DNA of 64,000 bases from a virus: positions 1 through 64,000 of IMG/VR virus record IMGVR_UViG_3300017917_000784. One strand, written 5' to 3'. Shown one piece after another: positions 27,161-37,268 of the stretch (positions are counted from its first letter, which is position 1; each line of letters opens with the position of its first letter). Below the pieces are notes generated by a model. It worked only from the letters and a program-made list of their open reading frames with translations. It was not told where the DNA came from and searched no databases. The translations under genes and the position numbers were made by a program.

Positions 27161-28326
27161 AACCTCATATAATGTTGAGGAACAGTCTAGCAGGTATTAC
27201 GACTAGTCTGGCCATGGTGCCAGAAGTTGTTGCTTTTGCTTTATTGGCACAAGTTAATCCGTTAGTTGGTCTCTATGCCGCAGTGGTACTCGGATTAGTT
27301 ACTGCATTATTTGGAGGCAGACCAGGACTAATCAGCGGCGGCGCAGGTAGTTTGGCCGTAGTTAGCGTTGCCTTAGTTGTCAGTCACGGTGTGGAATATC
27401 TGTTTGCCTGTATTATACTTATGGGTATTTTTCAATTTTTATTTGGAGTATTTAGGTTAGGCAAACTAATCAAATTAGTAAGTCCTAGTGTAATGACTGG
27501 GTTTGTTAACGGATTGGCATTAGTTATTTTCCTTTCTCAATTTCATCAACTTAAAATCGATGATGTATGGTTACAAGGTTCAGCGTTGTTTAACATGATC
27601 GGCCTTGTTGCTGTTACTGTCTTCGGAGTAATTGTTGCTCCTAAAATAACTCGTCACATTCCAGCCAGCCTTTTTGGTATAGTGTTAGTCACTGCTATAG
27701 TATGGTGGTTTGGTATCGAGACTAGAACTGTTGGAGATATTGCTCAAATTAGTGGTTCCCTTCCTAGTTTTAATATTCCTAGTGTGCCTATGACGTTAGA
27801 GACCCTTTGGATTATTTTGCCTTATAGTTTGATACTTGCTATGATTGGGTTAATTGAGACATTATTAACTGCTAATTTGGTTGACGATTTTGTACATCAA
27901 CATAAACCCAATCATAAAACACACCCAAATAAAGAAAGTATGGCTCAAGGAGCAGGTAATATTTTAACTGGCTTTTTTGGAGGAATGGGCGGCTGTGCTA
28001 TGATTGGTCAAACTGTAATTAATCTAGAGGCTGGTGGATTTCATAGATTAGCAGGAGTTGTCCAAGCACTTTGCATCCTTGCTTACATTGTATTTGCTAG
28101 TTTTTTAATTGAGTCAATACCACTGGCCGCATTGATTGGTGTAATGTTTGTTGTGTGTTATCATACATTTAACTGGAAAAGTTTAAAAGTCTTTACACAG
28201 CCTAAAGAAGATGTTATTATTATTTTTATAGTAACTGTATCAACTGTGATTTTTAATTTGGCATATGCTGTTATAATTGGGGTACTATTAACTACCTTAC
28301 TTAACTATCGAAGAAAAGTTATATGA
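27157..28326 (+). CDS. sulP: SulP/SLC26 anion permease lacking STAS domain
   Basis: PEVVAFA, GGRPGLISG, GFFGGMGGCAMIGQ; ends soon after the last TM. Confidence 0.88.
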   Translation: MKPHIMLRNSLAGITTSLAMVPEVVAFALLAQVNPLVGLYAAVVLGLVTALFGGRPGLISGGAGSLAVVSVALVVSHGVEYLFACIILMGIFQFLFGVFRLGKLIKLVSPSVMTGFVNGLALVIFLSQFHQLKIDDVWLQGSALFNMIGLVAVTVFGVIVAPKITRHIPASLFGIVLVTAIVWWFGIETRTVGDIAQISGSLPSFNIPSVPMTLETLWIILPYSLILAMIGLIETLLTANLVDDFVHQHKPNHKTHPNKESMAQGAGNILTGFFGGMGGCAMIGQTVINLEAGGFHRLAGVVQALCILAYIVFASFLIESIPLAALIGVMFVVCYHTFNWKSLKVFTQPKEDVIIIFIVTVSTVIFNLAYAVIIGVLLTTLLNYRRKVI

Positions 28327-29213
28327 ATGTAAAAGTGTTACAGACATTAGGCGATGGAAAATTTGTAGAAGTTGACTGGAAAAAGCCCGAACCAACTAAT
28401 ACAGAAATTGAAGTCAAAAATATTATGACCGGTATCTGTCGTAGCGATATTGATATGATGACCGGTGATTTTGGCCCGTTACCTATTCATATGCAAGGGC
28501 ACGAGGGGTTAGGTGTAGTAACTAAAGTAGGTAGTGAAATCACAGATGTTAAAGTTGGAGATTTAGTTGCTACACGCGGCGAACCTGCTTATGCTGATTA
28601 TTATAATGTTAAGAAAAAAGAATATGTATCGGTACCCGAAGCTCACCCAAGATATATTATTGAACCTGTGGCCTGCGGTATTAATATTGTAGAGCAACCT
28701 AGAAAAGAAATTGAAAAACGACAAGGCGGAAGGTTATTAATTCTAGGTAGTGGGTTTTTAGCCTGGGTAGCGTACCATGATATTCTTTGGAATAAGTTTA
28801 ATTTTGAAATTGATGTAGTGGGTACTGCTAACAAAGACCTTTGGGGCGATGTTCTTAAATCAGAATATCATGGCAAGTATGACGTTATTATTGATTTGAG
28901 CAGTAAAGACGATGCGTTAACTAAAGATATTTTAAATGTTGGAGCATTAGTTATTTTTGGTAGTCAAAAATCTACTAACAGTGACTTTAGGTATCTACTT
29001 TGGAATGCCTGTACTATGACATTTCCTAGTCCAAGAAATGATGAGTTTTATTATTGGATGAAAAAAGCCGTTTACAGGATTCAAAACGGTGAACTTGATG
29101 TTGACAAGTTCTGGACAAAAGCATATAATAGAAGCACAGAATGGCAACAGGCGTTTCAAGACGGGTTGAATAGGCAATTAGGCTACAGTAGAGGGTATAT
29201 TAAATGGGTTTGA
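28323..29213 (+). CDS. Zn-dependent (MDR) alcohol/polyol dehydrogenase
   Basis: GICRSD, GHEGLG, VGD, EPVAC, LGSG. Confidence 0.85.
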   Translation: MNVKVLQTLGDGKFVEVDWKKPEPTNTEIEVKNIMTGICRSDIDMMTGDFGPLPIHMQGHEGLGVVTKVGSEITDVKVGDLVATRGEPAYADYYNVKKKEYVSVPEAHPRYIIEPVACGINIVEQPRKEIEKRQGGRLLILGSGFLAWVAYHDILWNKFNFEIDVVGTANKDLWGDVLKSEYHGKYDVIIDLSSKDDALTKDILNVGALVIFGSQKSTNSDFRYLLWNACTMTFPSPRNDEFYYWMKKAVYRIQNGELDVDKFWTKAYNRSTEWQQAFQDGLNRQLGYSRGYIKWV

Positions 29214-29728
29214 ATACCGAAGAACGACAAGGGGTAGTGTATTTTACAGGATACGAAGTTGAACATACTATATGCCATGGTATGTTTACATTGTTTGTAG
29301 TAGGAACACCTCCATTAAAAGAAATTATAGAACAGGCCGAAAAACACAAAGTTAAACACGTTTACTTTGGTACTAGTCAAAGTTTTAATCCTAAAAGTAT
29401 TAGCCATGAAGAATATAAAGCATGGGATGAAGTCATCGTTGGATGTTTGAAAAAAGATTACTGGGTTACATTGGATTTTGGAGTTGAACATATCGAAGGT
29501 GTGCTCGAAAGTTGCTATTGCGAATATCCTCGGTTTGTTCCAATGATTAGTGTAAAACTTCCATACATTAACCAACTTAATTATAATGCTACACTTAAAT
29601 TAGATGATCGTACGTGGGGTGCTACTAATCCTGGAGTATGGACTCATCACCTGCCAAGTTTGCTAAGTAAAGATAAATTTACCTACTGGGATCAATATAC
29701 TCAAGACACGGAAATAAAATGCAAATGA
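29204..29728 (+). CDS. Hypothetical protein in the deazaguanine cluster
   Basis: Coupled ORF between the dehydrogenase and queD-like gene. Confidence 0.75.
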   Translation: MGLNTEERQGVVYFTGYEVEHTICHGMFTLFVVGTPPLKEIIEQAEKHKVKHVYFGTSQSFNPKSISHEEYKAWDEVIVGCLKKDYWVTLDFGVEHIEGVLESCYCEYPRFVPMISVKLPYINQLNYNATLKLDDRTWGATNPGVWTHHLPSLLSKDKFTYWDQYTQDTEIKCK

Positions 29729-30120
29729 AAATTAAACACGACGTTAGACCCAACAAAATGATCTGGGTTACCTTTCGCAAAGAAGGTATTCATAAATATC
29801 CAGCCGCATTAACAGACCCCAATTTAGCAACAGGAGACGAGTATGATGTTTCGTTCCTTGGTTATCCTCACCGTCATATCTTCCATTTCAGGGTGTGGAT
29901 CTCTGTGCAACACAATGACAGGGACATCGAGTTCATCCAATTCAAACGATGGCTCGAGTCGCTGTATAATGGTCAAGGTGCCGTTCTAAGCCTTGACTAC
30001 AAGAGTTGCGAAATGATGTCAGATGATTTATATGACATCATTAGCAAAAAGTATCCGGACCGTGAGGTTTGGATTGAGGTCTCCGAAGATGGAGAAAATG
30101 GTTCATTCATCAAATATTAA
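29719..30120 (+). CDS. queD: QueD/6-pyruvoyl-tetrahydropterin synthase-like (T-fold)
   Basis: EGIH, HRHIFH, RDIEF, SCEM, VSEDGENG pattern of phage QueD-like proteins. Confidence 0.65.
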   Translation: MQMKIKHDVRPNKMIWVTFRKEGIHKYPAALTDPNLATGDEYDVSFLGYPHRHIFHFRVWISVQHNDRDIEFIQFKRWLESLYNGQGAVLSLDYKSCEMMSDDLYDIISKKYPDREVWIEVSEDGENGSFIKY

Positions 30121-30139
30121 TCTTAAAGGAAACACTAAG

Positions 30140-30376
30140 ATGAAACCCGAAGTAGTCAAAATTTTTGACGATCTTGAAGCACTGCATAATTTCTGCAGAA
30201 TCGAACTCCTGCCGTTTGACCCGGCAGATTTGTACAACCGTAGTTCCAAAGTTTGGCGCGATTTCGAATATTCAAAGAAGCCTAAACGTCAGTGGAACAA
30301 TGACAAGCCGCGATACAACAACGACCGGCCACGTCATAATAAAGAGTTTAATAATAAACCACGCTGGGAAAGATGA
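30140..30376 (+). CDS. Hypothetical protein
   Basis: AAGGA SD; N/R/K-rich repetitive tail. Confidence 0.65.
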   Translation: MKPEVVKIFDDLEALHNFCRIELLPFDPADLYNRSSKVWRDFEYSKKPKRQWNNDKPRYNNDRPRHNKEFNNKPRWER

Positions 30377-31488
30377 AAACCATCTACATAGTAGATCTTG
30401 AGGCAGTTGAAACTCGCTACACAGCGCAGTGGAAATCTCATCTGCCTAAACACCTGAGAAAGGAAGGGCACAATGTTCAAGTTATCTCTGGTCCTGAAGA
30501 TATTCCTAGTGCAACCACTCCTGGCGCTTTTCTTAATTTTGGTGGCACTAATATCTACAAGTCTAATCAAGTTGAGCAAATTGGTCGACTATTTTGCTCT
30601 GGACGCATTCACGCTGGCGACCACTTTATTTTTACTGATGCTTGGCATCCGGGCATTATAAATTTAAAATATATGAGTGAGCTACTGAACATTCCAGTAA
30701 TCACTCACGGATTATGGCACGCCGGTAGTTATGATCCTCAAGACTTTTTAGGACGTCTTGTTGGAAATAAACCGTGGGTCAGACATGCTGAGAAATCGTT
30801 TTTTTCGGCATTTGATTATAATTACTTTGCCACTTCTTTTCACATCGATATGTTTCATCATAATTTACTTAACGATGGTCTTATTGAAAATCCTTGGGAA
30901 AACGATGATAAGGTAGATATGATCCAATCCGGAAAATATGTACGCACAGGTTGGCCTATGGAATATATGGAAGATATTCTTACTGCTTATAAAGGCATGA
31001 AGAAGCGTAATCTTATATTGTTTCCACATCGTATTGCTCCAGAAAAACAAGTTGAAATTTTCCGTGACTTAAAAGAACACTTGCCGCAATATGAATTTGT
31101 TGTATGTCAGGATCAACAACTGACTAAAAACGAGTATCATAATTTGCTCGGTGAAGCAAAACTAGTTTTCAGTGCTAACTTACAAGAAACGTTGGGCATA
31201 TCTTGTTATGAAGGTGCGGTCGTAGATGCTATCCCTATGGTTCCTGACAGACTTAGTTATACAGAAATGTATTACGATACTTTCAAGTATCCTAGTAAGT
31301 GGACTGAGAGTTGGGAAAATTATCAAGGATATCGTCCGTATCTCTGTAAAAAGATTATAGAATATATGGACAACTATGATAAGTTCCTTCCTCAGTTGAA
31401 AAAACAGACTAAGGACTTAACAGACAACTTTTTTACTGCTAATGGACTCTATCAACAACTCAAGCATACCCATAGTATCGATAGATGA
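30373..31488 (+). CDS. GT-B glycosyltransferase
   Basis: FPHRIAPEKQ and LQETLGISCYEG (E-x7-E) signature. Confidence 0.8.
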   Translation: MKTIYIVDLEAVETRYTAQWKSHLPKHLRKEGHNVQVISGPEDIPSATTPGAFLNFGGTNIYKSNQVEQIGRLFCSGRIHAGDHFIFTDAWHPGIINLKYMSELLNIPVITHGLWHAGSYDPQDFLGRLVGNKPWVRHAEKSFFSAFDYNYFATSFHIDMFHHNLLNDGLIENPWENDDKVDMIQSGKYVRTGWPMEYMEDILTAYKGMKKRNLILFPHRIAPEKQVEIFRDLKEHLPQYEFVVCQDQQLTKNEYHNLLGEAKLVFSANLQETLGISCYEGAVVDAIPMVPDRLSYTEMYYDTFKYPSKWTESWENYQGYRPYLCKKIIEYMDNYDKFLPQLKKQTKDLTDNFFTANGLYQQLKHTHSIDR

Positions 31489-31819
31489 TATTCTATCTTC
31501 TGATACTATAACGTTGACATCTACTGGAATAGATACAATGTCTAGTGCCAATACTATTACTATTGATCTTAGTAACTATACTGGTAGTCAACCGTCATAC
31601 TACGATTCTACTATAGGAAACATAACATTAGGTTCAGGAGATAGTTTTAATTGGAGTATGATTGAAACTATCCCGTTTGAAAACGGGTTTCCAGAATGGC
31701 AAGATTTTCAAGAAATGTGCAAAGAGTATCCTGGATTAGAAAAAACACTTGAACACTTAAAATCATTTTACAAACTTTGTAAAGACGATTGGGAAACAAA
31801 GAAGAGAGGCGATGCCTAA
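31442..31819 (+). CDS. Hypothetical Ser/Thr-rich protein
   Basis: Low-complexity N-terminus, MCKEYPGLEK C-terminal helix. Confidence 0.65.
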   Translation: MDSINNSSIPIVSIDDILSSDTITLTSTGIDTMSSANTITIDLSNYTGSQPSYYDSTIGNITLGSGDSFNWSMIETIPFENGFPEWQDFQEMCKEYPGLEKTLEHLKSFYKLCKDDWETKKRGDA

Positions 31820-32780
31820 CAGTGATAACGGTACTATCTGTTCAGCATTCTGGCGTCATACTAATTTACGAGGCGACGACAGAGTGTTTCCCTGTTGCCG
31901 CTTTAAAGAACCTGTAGGAAAGTTTGACGGCGATGTTGTTAAAATTCTTAACAGCGAAGAATATCAAGAACTGCGTAGAGCCAGTTTAGCCGGAGAAAAA
32001 ATTTCTGGCTGTGCCAAATGCTATCATGAAGAAACATTAGGTAAAGAAAGTCTACGACAGCAGTTTAATAAGACCTATAATAGAGATAATGTCGAACTAG
32101 AATATTTAGAAATTGGTTTTGACAATATATGTAATCTTACCTGCGATGGGTGTTTTGACGAATTTAGCAACTCCTGGGCTAAGAAAAATAATCCGGATAA
32201 ACCAAAAAGAATCTTAACAACAAAATTACATGAAATTAAATCGTTACCTGATACCATAAGAAAAATATTGTTTTTAGGTGGCGAGCCGTTGATGACTAAC
32301 CGCCATAAAAAATTACTTAAGATGGTTAAGAATAAACATATGGTATCTGTGACCTACAACACCAATGGAACGTTTTTATTAGATTTAGACACTACTGATT
32401 TGTTAGACGAATTTAAAAAAGTTGATTTTATTGTTAGCATAGATGCTTATGGTGTTTTAAATAATCATGTAAGAAACGGAAGTAAGTGGGCAGGAATATT
32501 AGAATTTATAGATCAAATAGAGGATCTAGGATTTGATATATCTGTACACACAGTTATTCATAAAAATAATTGGTTTGGTCTTGCAGACTTACACAAATTT
32601 GTAGATCGTATGAGGTTACCCTGGACTACAAATATATTGACGTATCCCGCTCAGTTAGATATAATCAACCTAACAGATCAAGAAAAAAATAATTTTAAAG
32701 AAATACTCGATTCTACAGAAATCCCTAACAAGGATTATATTTTGGAACATTTATTCCACAGAAAGGCCGATAATGTTTAA
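31812..32780 (+). CDS. Radical SAM protein with N-terminal Cys-rich (Twitch/SPASM-like) domain
   Basis: CNLTCDGC, GGEP, YNTNG; N-terminal C...CC...CxxC. Confidence 0.88.
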   Translation: MPNSDNGTICSAFWRHTNLRGDDRVFPCCRFKEPVGKFDGDVVKILNSEEYQELRRASLAGEKISGCAKCYHEETLGKESLRQQFNKTYNRDNVELEYLEIGFDNICNLTCDGCFDEFSNSWAKKNNPDKPKRILTTKLHEIKSLPDTIRKILFLGGEPLMTNRHKKLLKMVKNKHMVSVTYNTNGTFLLDLDTTDLLDEFKKVDFIVSIDAYGVLNNHVRNGSKWAGILEFIDQIEDLGFDISVHTVIHKNNWFGLADLHKFVDRMRLPWTTNILTYPAQLDIINLTDQEKNNFKEILDSTEIPNKDYILEHLFHRKADNV

Positions 32781-33267
32781 ATGGTTTTTAAATTTTCTAG
32801 AAAAAATAGGTCGCAAAAGAATTATTCTAGACAGAGAATCCAGCGAACCGTATTTGGAAAGATATTACCTATTTCTTAAAGAACGTAAAACTTTTCCATT
32901 CAATATATTTGTACACAAGTTTCTTAAGTCAGATCCGGACGATGTACACGATCACCCTTGGCCTTATGCTACACTAATTCTCAAAGGTGGATACTATGAA
33001 TGGGTTCCGCAATTTGACAAAGAAGGAAAATTGTCTTGTGAAATTCGCAAATGGCGAGGTCCTGGACATTTTCGTATTTGTAGTCCTAACTCCTATCATC
33101 GCATCGAGTTAAAGGAAGGCGTTACTGCTTGGACATTGTTCATGCCAGGACCACAGCGTCGTGAGTGGGGGTTCTTAGTAAATAACCAATGGATACATAA
33201 TGACCAGTATCTTGAAAACAGGAAACGAATAAATGAAAAATCCGCTGTTGGATACCGACGCTTATAA
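32773..33267 (+). CDS. Cupin-fold protein
   Basis: HDHPW...GGYYE...YHRIEL...WTLF...REWGF. Confidence 0.75.
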   Translation: MFKWFLNFLEKIGRKRIILDRESSEPYLERYYLFLKERKTFPFNIFVHKFLKSDPDDVHDHPWPYATLILKGGYYEWVPQFDKEGKLSCEIRKWRGPGHFRICSPNSYHRIELKEGVTAWTLFMPGPQRREWGFLVNNQWIHNDQYLENRKRINEKSAVGYRRL

Positions 33268-33835
33268 AAAATGGCACAAGTACGGTGCCGCACATAACAG
33301 AATTCCAGTTACCTGGACAGATGCTGATCTAAACTTCGATTGGCAGTTAACATATCAAACTGATGAAGTTCCGCCAGGCGACGAGTGGCAAATTTGTTCC
33401 ACCGATTTAAAAAAACAACAAGAAGCACTTTTTTCCGAATGGGGAATTACTAAGGAAGCCACTACGCATTGGATGTCGCTACATCCAGAATTAAATGAAA
33501 ATCTTTCTAAAATTTTACAAAATTTTAAATTAAAAAACTATCGATACAATTTTCTTAAATTAACTGCCGGTAGAATGTTACAGTGGCACATCGATGGCTA
33601 CAGTACTTTTGTAAAATATAACAACATCGAAGCACATCGTTGGAAAGAAATTAAACGTGCTGTAGTCATGTTGTCTGATTGGAATTTTGGCCAAGTCATG
33701 CAAATAGGTAGACAGGTTATTGCAGAATGGGAAGCCGGGGACGTTTATACATGGATCGGCGATACATGGCATGGGGCTGCCAATTTTGGTGTAGACGATT
33801 TAGTTGTTATGCAAATTACCTATTTAGATGAATAA
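33233..33835 (+). CDS. Fe(II)/2OG oxygenase-like (cupin) protein, paralogue A
   Basis: WHID...WHGAANFG (HxD...H). Confidence 0.65.
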   Translation: MKNPLLDTDAYKKWHKYGAAHNRIPVTWTDADLNFDWQLTYQTDEVPPGDEWQICSTDLKKQQEALFSEWGITKEATTHWMSLHPELNENLSKILQNFKLKNYRYNFLKLTAGRMLQWHIDGYSTFVKYNNIEAHRWKEIKRAVVMLSDWNFGQVMQIGRQVIAEWEAGDVYTWIGDTWHGAANFGVDDLVVMQITYLDE

Positions 33836-34772
33836 TATACAAGTAAAATTCGACCATCGAGATAAACCACTGGGCGGTGCGTTTGCTGTTAAGGACCCGG
33901 ACTTTCTACAGGTTTTAAATGAATACCACCCTAGTTGGAATTATGTGTTTAACAGCAACTACCATACCGATGAGTTTTGCGAGCAATATTTAGATTGGAT
34001 TAAAGCATCTAGACATAGTAATTTTAAAGGCTTAGAAGATTTCCCCCATTATGCCTTTTCTGCAGGCACTACAGAATCATTTGATAAATTTTACATGAAA
34101 AATCATACTCGAAGATTTAGATGTTTTCGAGGAGAATATTTGTATCATGAATTAGCATGGCGCAACTGTTGGCCCAATTGGCGTTACATCGAATCCGACG
34201 AAATTAGAGTCAACGATGCTGTAGTTATTAGTCTTCCCTTTGCAGACACTGGCGATAAGCATAAGCAGTATGAACATTTAATGGAGACCTGTACTCGGTT
34301 AGGCGTACCTGTGCTAGTCGACTGTGCATATTTTGGACTTGCTACAGAAGTTGAATTTGATCTCAGTTACCCGTGTATTACTGATGTGACATTTAGTCTT
34401 AGCAAATACTTTCCTATAGCACATGCTAGAGTTGGTATGAGATTAACAAGAGTTAATGATGACGATCCATTGTTTGTTTATCAGTATAGAAGTTATAATA
34501 ATAAACACGGTGCAGTACTAGGTCAGTATATGATGAATAACTTTGATTGTAATTTTTTAATTGACCGCTACAGACAACGTCAAACAGAATTTAGTGAATT
34601 TATAAATGTATGCCCTACACGAACCATATTGTTTGCGTTAGGTAGTGACAAGTGGAAAGATTATAATCGTGGCGGCGAACTTAATAGATTAAGTTTTCAC
34701 AAATACCTGCATTTAGATACAGAAGAATTTAAAACAATAATAAAGGAAAAATATGGCAATTTGCTCACATAA
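33828..34772 (+). CDS. PLP-dependent aminotransferase-like protein
   Basis: GTTESF, VLVDCAYF, FSLSKYF...RVG fold-type I PLP motifs. Confidence 0.75.
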   Translation: MNNIQVKFDHRDKPLGGAFAVKDPDFLQVLNEYHPSWNYVFNSNYHTDEFCEQYLDWIKASRHSNFKGLEDFPHYAFSAGTTESFDKFYMKNHTRRFRCFRGEYLYHELAWRNCWPNWRYIESDEIRVNDAVVISLPFADTGDKHKQYEHLMETCTRLGVPVLVDCAYFGLATEVEFDLSYPCITDVTFSLSKYFPIAHARVGMRLTRVNDDDPLFVYQYRSYNNKHGAVLGQYMMNNFDCNFLIDRYRQRQTEFSEFINVCPTRTILFALGSDKWKDYNRGGELNRLSFHKYLHLDTEEFKTIIKEKYGNLLT

Positions 34773-35811
34773 CGATTGGGATCCGTTAGAGGAGATAATA
34801 GTAGGTACAGCAGATCACTCAATGTTACCTACTATGAGTAAAGCAGTACAGGCATTTAGTTACGCAGAATACACCCTGGAAGAATTGCAAGTACTACAAG
34901 GACCACACGATCAACGTATTCGTGACGAAGCAAATGAGGACTTAGAAATTCTAGCAGACACACTTAGAGGTTTAGGTGTTAAGGTACATAGACCTAAAAG
35001 CGTCGATCACGGCAAAGAGTTCAGCAGTCCAGATTGGACTACTACTGGCTGGTATACATTCTGTCCACGTGATTTGTTGTTGCCACTAGATAACCTAGTG
35101 TTAGAAGCCGCAAGTCCTGGCCGTTGCCGTCAATATGAAAGTCGTGCTTACTATGATTATCTATATCAGCAAGTAGAAGAGGGCGTAGAATGGATCAGTG
35201 CTCCTAAGCCCATTCTGCTGGACGACTTATATCAAGTAGAAGACCTAAGCAAGCCTACAGTTAAAAATCACGAAATCATTTGGGAAGCACCTAACGTTGT
35301 GCGTCTAGGCAAGGACTTGTTATATCAAGTTTCTAACACTGGAACACTTAAAGGTTACCAGTGGATGAAGAACATTGTCGAAAAGCGTGGTTATAAATTA
35401 CACCTAGCAGAAGGTTTTTACTTCTTTGCACATTTCGATTCTACAGTTATTCCTTTACGTCCAGGTTTGGTTATGTTTAATGGTGCAAGATTGCGTGAAG
35501 ATCATTACCCACAGATTTTCAAAGACTGGGACAAGATTTGGATCACTCCAGATATGATGTATACTGCTCCTACTGAATTACCTGGCGGAATTCCTCCTTG
35601 CAGTCCTTGGATTGGTATGAACATGCTTAGTGTTAATCCTAACCTTGTTATCATCGACAAGGATCAGGATGTCATACGCAGAGTGTTAGACAAGCACGGT
35701 ATTGAAACTATCGGTTTACCACAGCGTCAAGCACGTACAATGAGCGGCGGATTTCATTGCCAAACATTAGACGTTAAACGTAAAGGAACTTTGGAGAGTT
35801 ATTTTGACTAA
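34753..35811 (+). CDS. Amidinotransferase (glycine / inosamine-phosphate amidinotransferase family) #1
   Basis: NDWDPLEEIIVG, CPRD, HFDST, GGFHC catalytic pattern. Confidence 0.9.
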   Translation: MAICSHNDWDPLEEIIVGTADHSMLPTMSKAVQAFSYAEYTLEELQVLQGPHDQRIRDEANEDLEILADTLRGLGVKVHRPKSVDHGKEFSSPDWTTTGWYTFCPRDLLLPLDNLVLEAASPGRCRQYESRAYYDYLYQQVEEGVEWISAPKPILLDDLYQVEDLSKPTVKNHEIIWEAPNVVRLGKDLLYQVSNTGTLKGYQWMKNIVEKRGYKLHLAEGFYFFAHFDSTVIPLRPGLVMFNGARLREDHYPQIFKDWDKIWITPDMMYTAPTELPGGIPPCSPWIGMNMLSVNPNLVIIDKDQDVIRRVLDKHGIETIGLPQRQARTMSGGFHCQTLDVKRKGTLESYFD

Positions 35812-36154
35812 TAATGTTCTGCCAAATAACATAACTGCTATACCGATCAATAACGGTAGTACCAATTATACTATAGCCAATTCAGGATCGACGTGGGGAA
35901 CGACTGCTGTTAATCCTGTAATGACACTTTGCGAACCAGCAACATTGGATGTCAAAGGTACGCTAGTGTTAAATGGACAGAATTTGGAAGAACGATTAAA
36001 AATTATTGAAGATGTATTGCATATACCTGAAAGAGATGTTAAACTAGAGAAAAAGTATCCTAAACTTAAAAAAATGTATGACGCCTACATCAGAGAGTTA
36101 GCAAAGTATAGAACATTTGAAGCAATTAAAGGAGATAATAATGGAACTACATGA
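35804..36154 (+). CDS. Hypothetical protein
   Basis: Ser/Thr/Asn-rich N-terminus; LEKKYPKLKK C-terminus. Confidence 0.65.
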   Translation: MTNNVLPNNITAIPINNGSTNYTIANSGSTWGTTAVNPVMTLCEPATLDVKGTLVLNGQNLEERLKIIEDVLHIPERDVKLEKKYPKLKKMYDAYIRELAKYRTFEAIKGDNNGTT

Positions 36155-36371
36155 ATCAGTTGCGCACACTTGCAAAGAAATTACAGTTAAAGAACATGAA
36201 GGATATCGTGTACGCATGGTGAAACACGAAGTTCTTAATCCGAAAGGGTTGTTTAGCCTTGATATCATTCAAGAAAGTTTAAAAGACGGTAAAGTTACTA
36301 ATAGTCAAACATATAACTTCTTTATGACTAAAGATGAATTGCAAACTCTAGCACACGGTTTAACATCATGA
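36141..36371 (+). CDS. Hypothetical protein
   Basis: AAGGAG SD before ATG 36141. Confidence 0.7.
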   Translation: MELHESVAHTCKEITVKEHEGYRVRMVKHEVLNPKGLFSLDIIQESLKDGKVTNSQTYNFFMTKDELQTLAHGLTS

Positions 36372-36889
36372 AAAAAGTCTACGTTAGTTGGAATGATGTC
36401 CAACGTCAAGTTCAAGAACTAATACGTCAAATGTGGAAGGACGGATGGACTCCTGACTATGTAGTAGGCATTACTAGAGGTGGTCTAACACCTGCTAACT
36501 TAATTAGTCAGTACTTAGGATGTTCTATGGAAACTTTAAAAGTTAGTCTTAGGGATGGATCTGAACAAGAAAGTAATCTTTGGATGGCCGGTGATGCCTT
36601 TGAAGGTAAAAAAATACTAATAGTTGACGATATTAACGATAGCGGTGCTACACTAAGTTGGATTAAAAATGACTGGCCTAGTGGACATTTCCCTAATGAT
36701 GAAAAATGGAATTCCGTCTGGGGAGGAAATGTTCGTGTAGCCTGTTTATATGATAACGAATCCAGTAAAAGCACACTGGACGTAGACTATGCCGCAGAAA
36801 CTATTAATAAATTAGAAGACCCTTGTTGGATTGTATTTCCTTGGGAAGAATGGTGGAGACGTTGGAATCCAGCAGAGGAGCATAGATAG
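36368..36889 (+). CDS. Purine phosphoribosyltransferase (Gpt/Hpt-like)
   Basis: GITRGG, ILIVDDINDSGAT PRPP motif, WIVFPWE. Confidence 0.9.
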   Translation: MKKVYVSWNDVQRQVQELIRQMWKDGWTPDYVVGITRGGLTPANLISQYLGCSMETLKVSLRDGSEQESNLWMAGDAFEGKKILIVDDINDSGATLSWIKNDWPSGHFPNDEKWNSVWGGNVRVACLYDNESSKSTLDVDYAAETINKLEDPCWIVFPWEEWWRRWNPAEEHR

Positions 36890-36890
36890 T

Positions 36891-37268
36891 ATGATTACAG
36901 ATATAGAACGTGCAATGAACACAGGACGTGCTCCTTGGACTGAACTAGAGTATCAAACAGAATACTTTTGGGTGTTTTCAGACAAGTATCCAGTAACAGA
37001 AGGTCATATGCTGTTTGTTCCAGCAATGGAAAATAAAATCTGTATTATGAAATGCTACGAAGCCGCATACGATGTAGGTGAAGATGGTGTGTTGAATCAG
37101 TTTTGGGATGGATTCAATGTAGGTCAAAATATTGGTGTTGCGGCTGGTCAAACTGTAATGTATCCACACATACACTTAATACCTAGACGTACAGGAGATA
37201 TGTCTGACCCCAGGGGCGGGGTTAGACACGTAATACCGGAAAAAGGAAACTATAAGAAAAATGCTTAA
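36891..37268 (+). CDS. HIT family nucleotide hydrolase
   Basis: DKYPVTEGH, AAGQTVMYPHIHLIPR. Confidence 0.9.
   Translation: MITDIERAMNTGRAPWTELEYQTEYFWVFSDKYPVTEGHMLFVPAMENKICIMKCYEAAYDVGEDGVLNQFWDGFNVGQNIGVAAGQTVMYPHIHLIPRRTGDMSDPRGGVRHVIPEKGNYKKNA

Noticed and set aside
34753-35811. Amidinotransferase as archaeosine synthase
   Set aside because: Known G+ synthases (ArcS, QueF-like, GAT-QueC) add ammonia to preQ0 and are unrelated to this Arg-dependent fold; no QueC is seen to supply preQ0.
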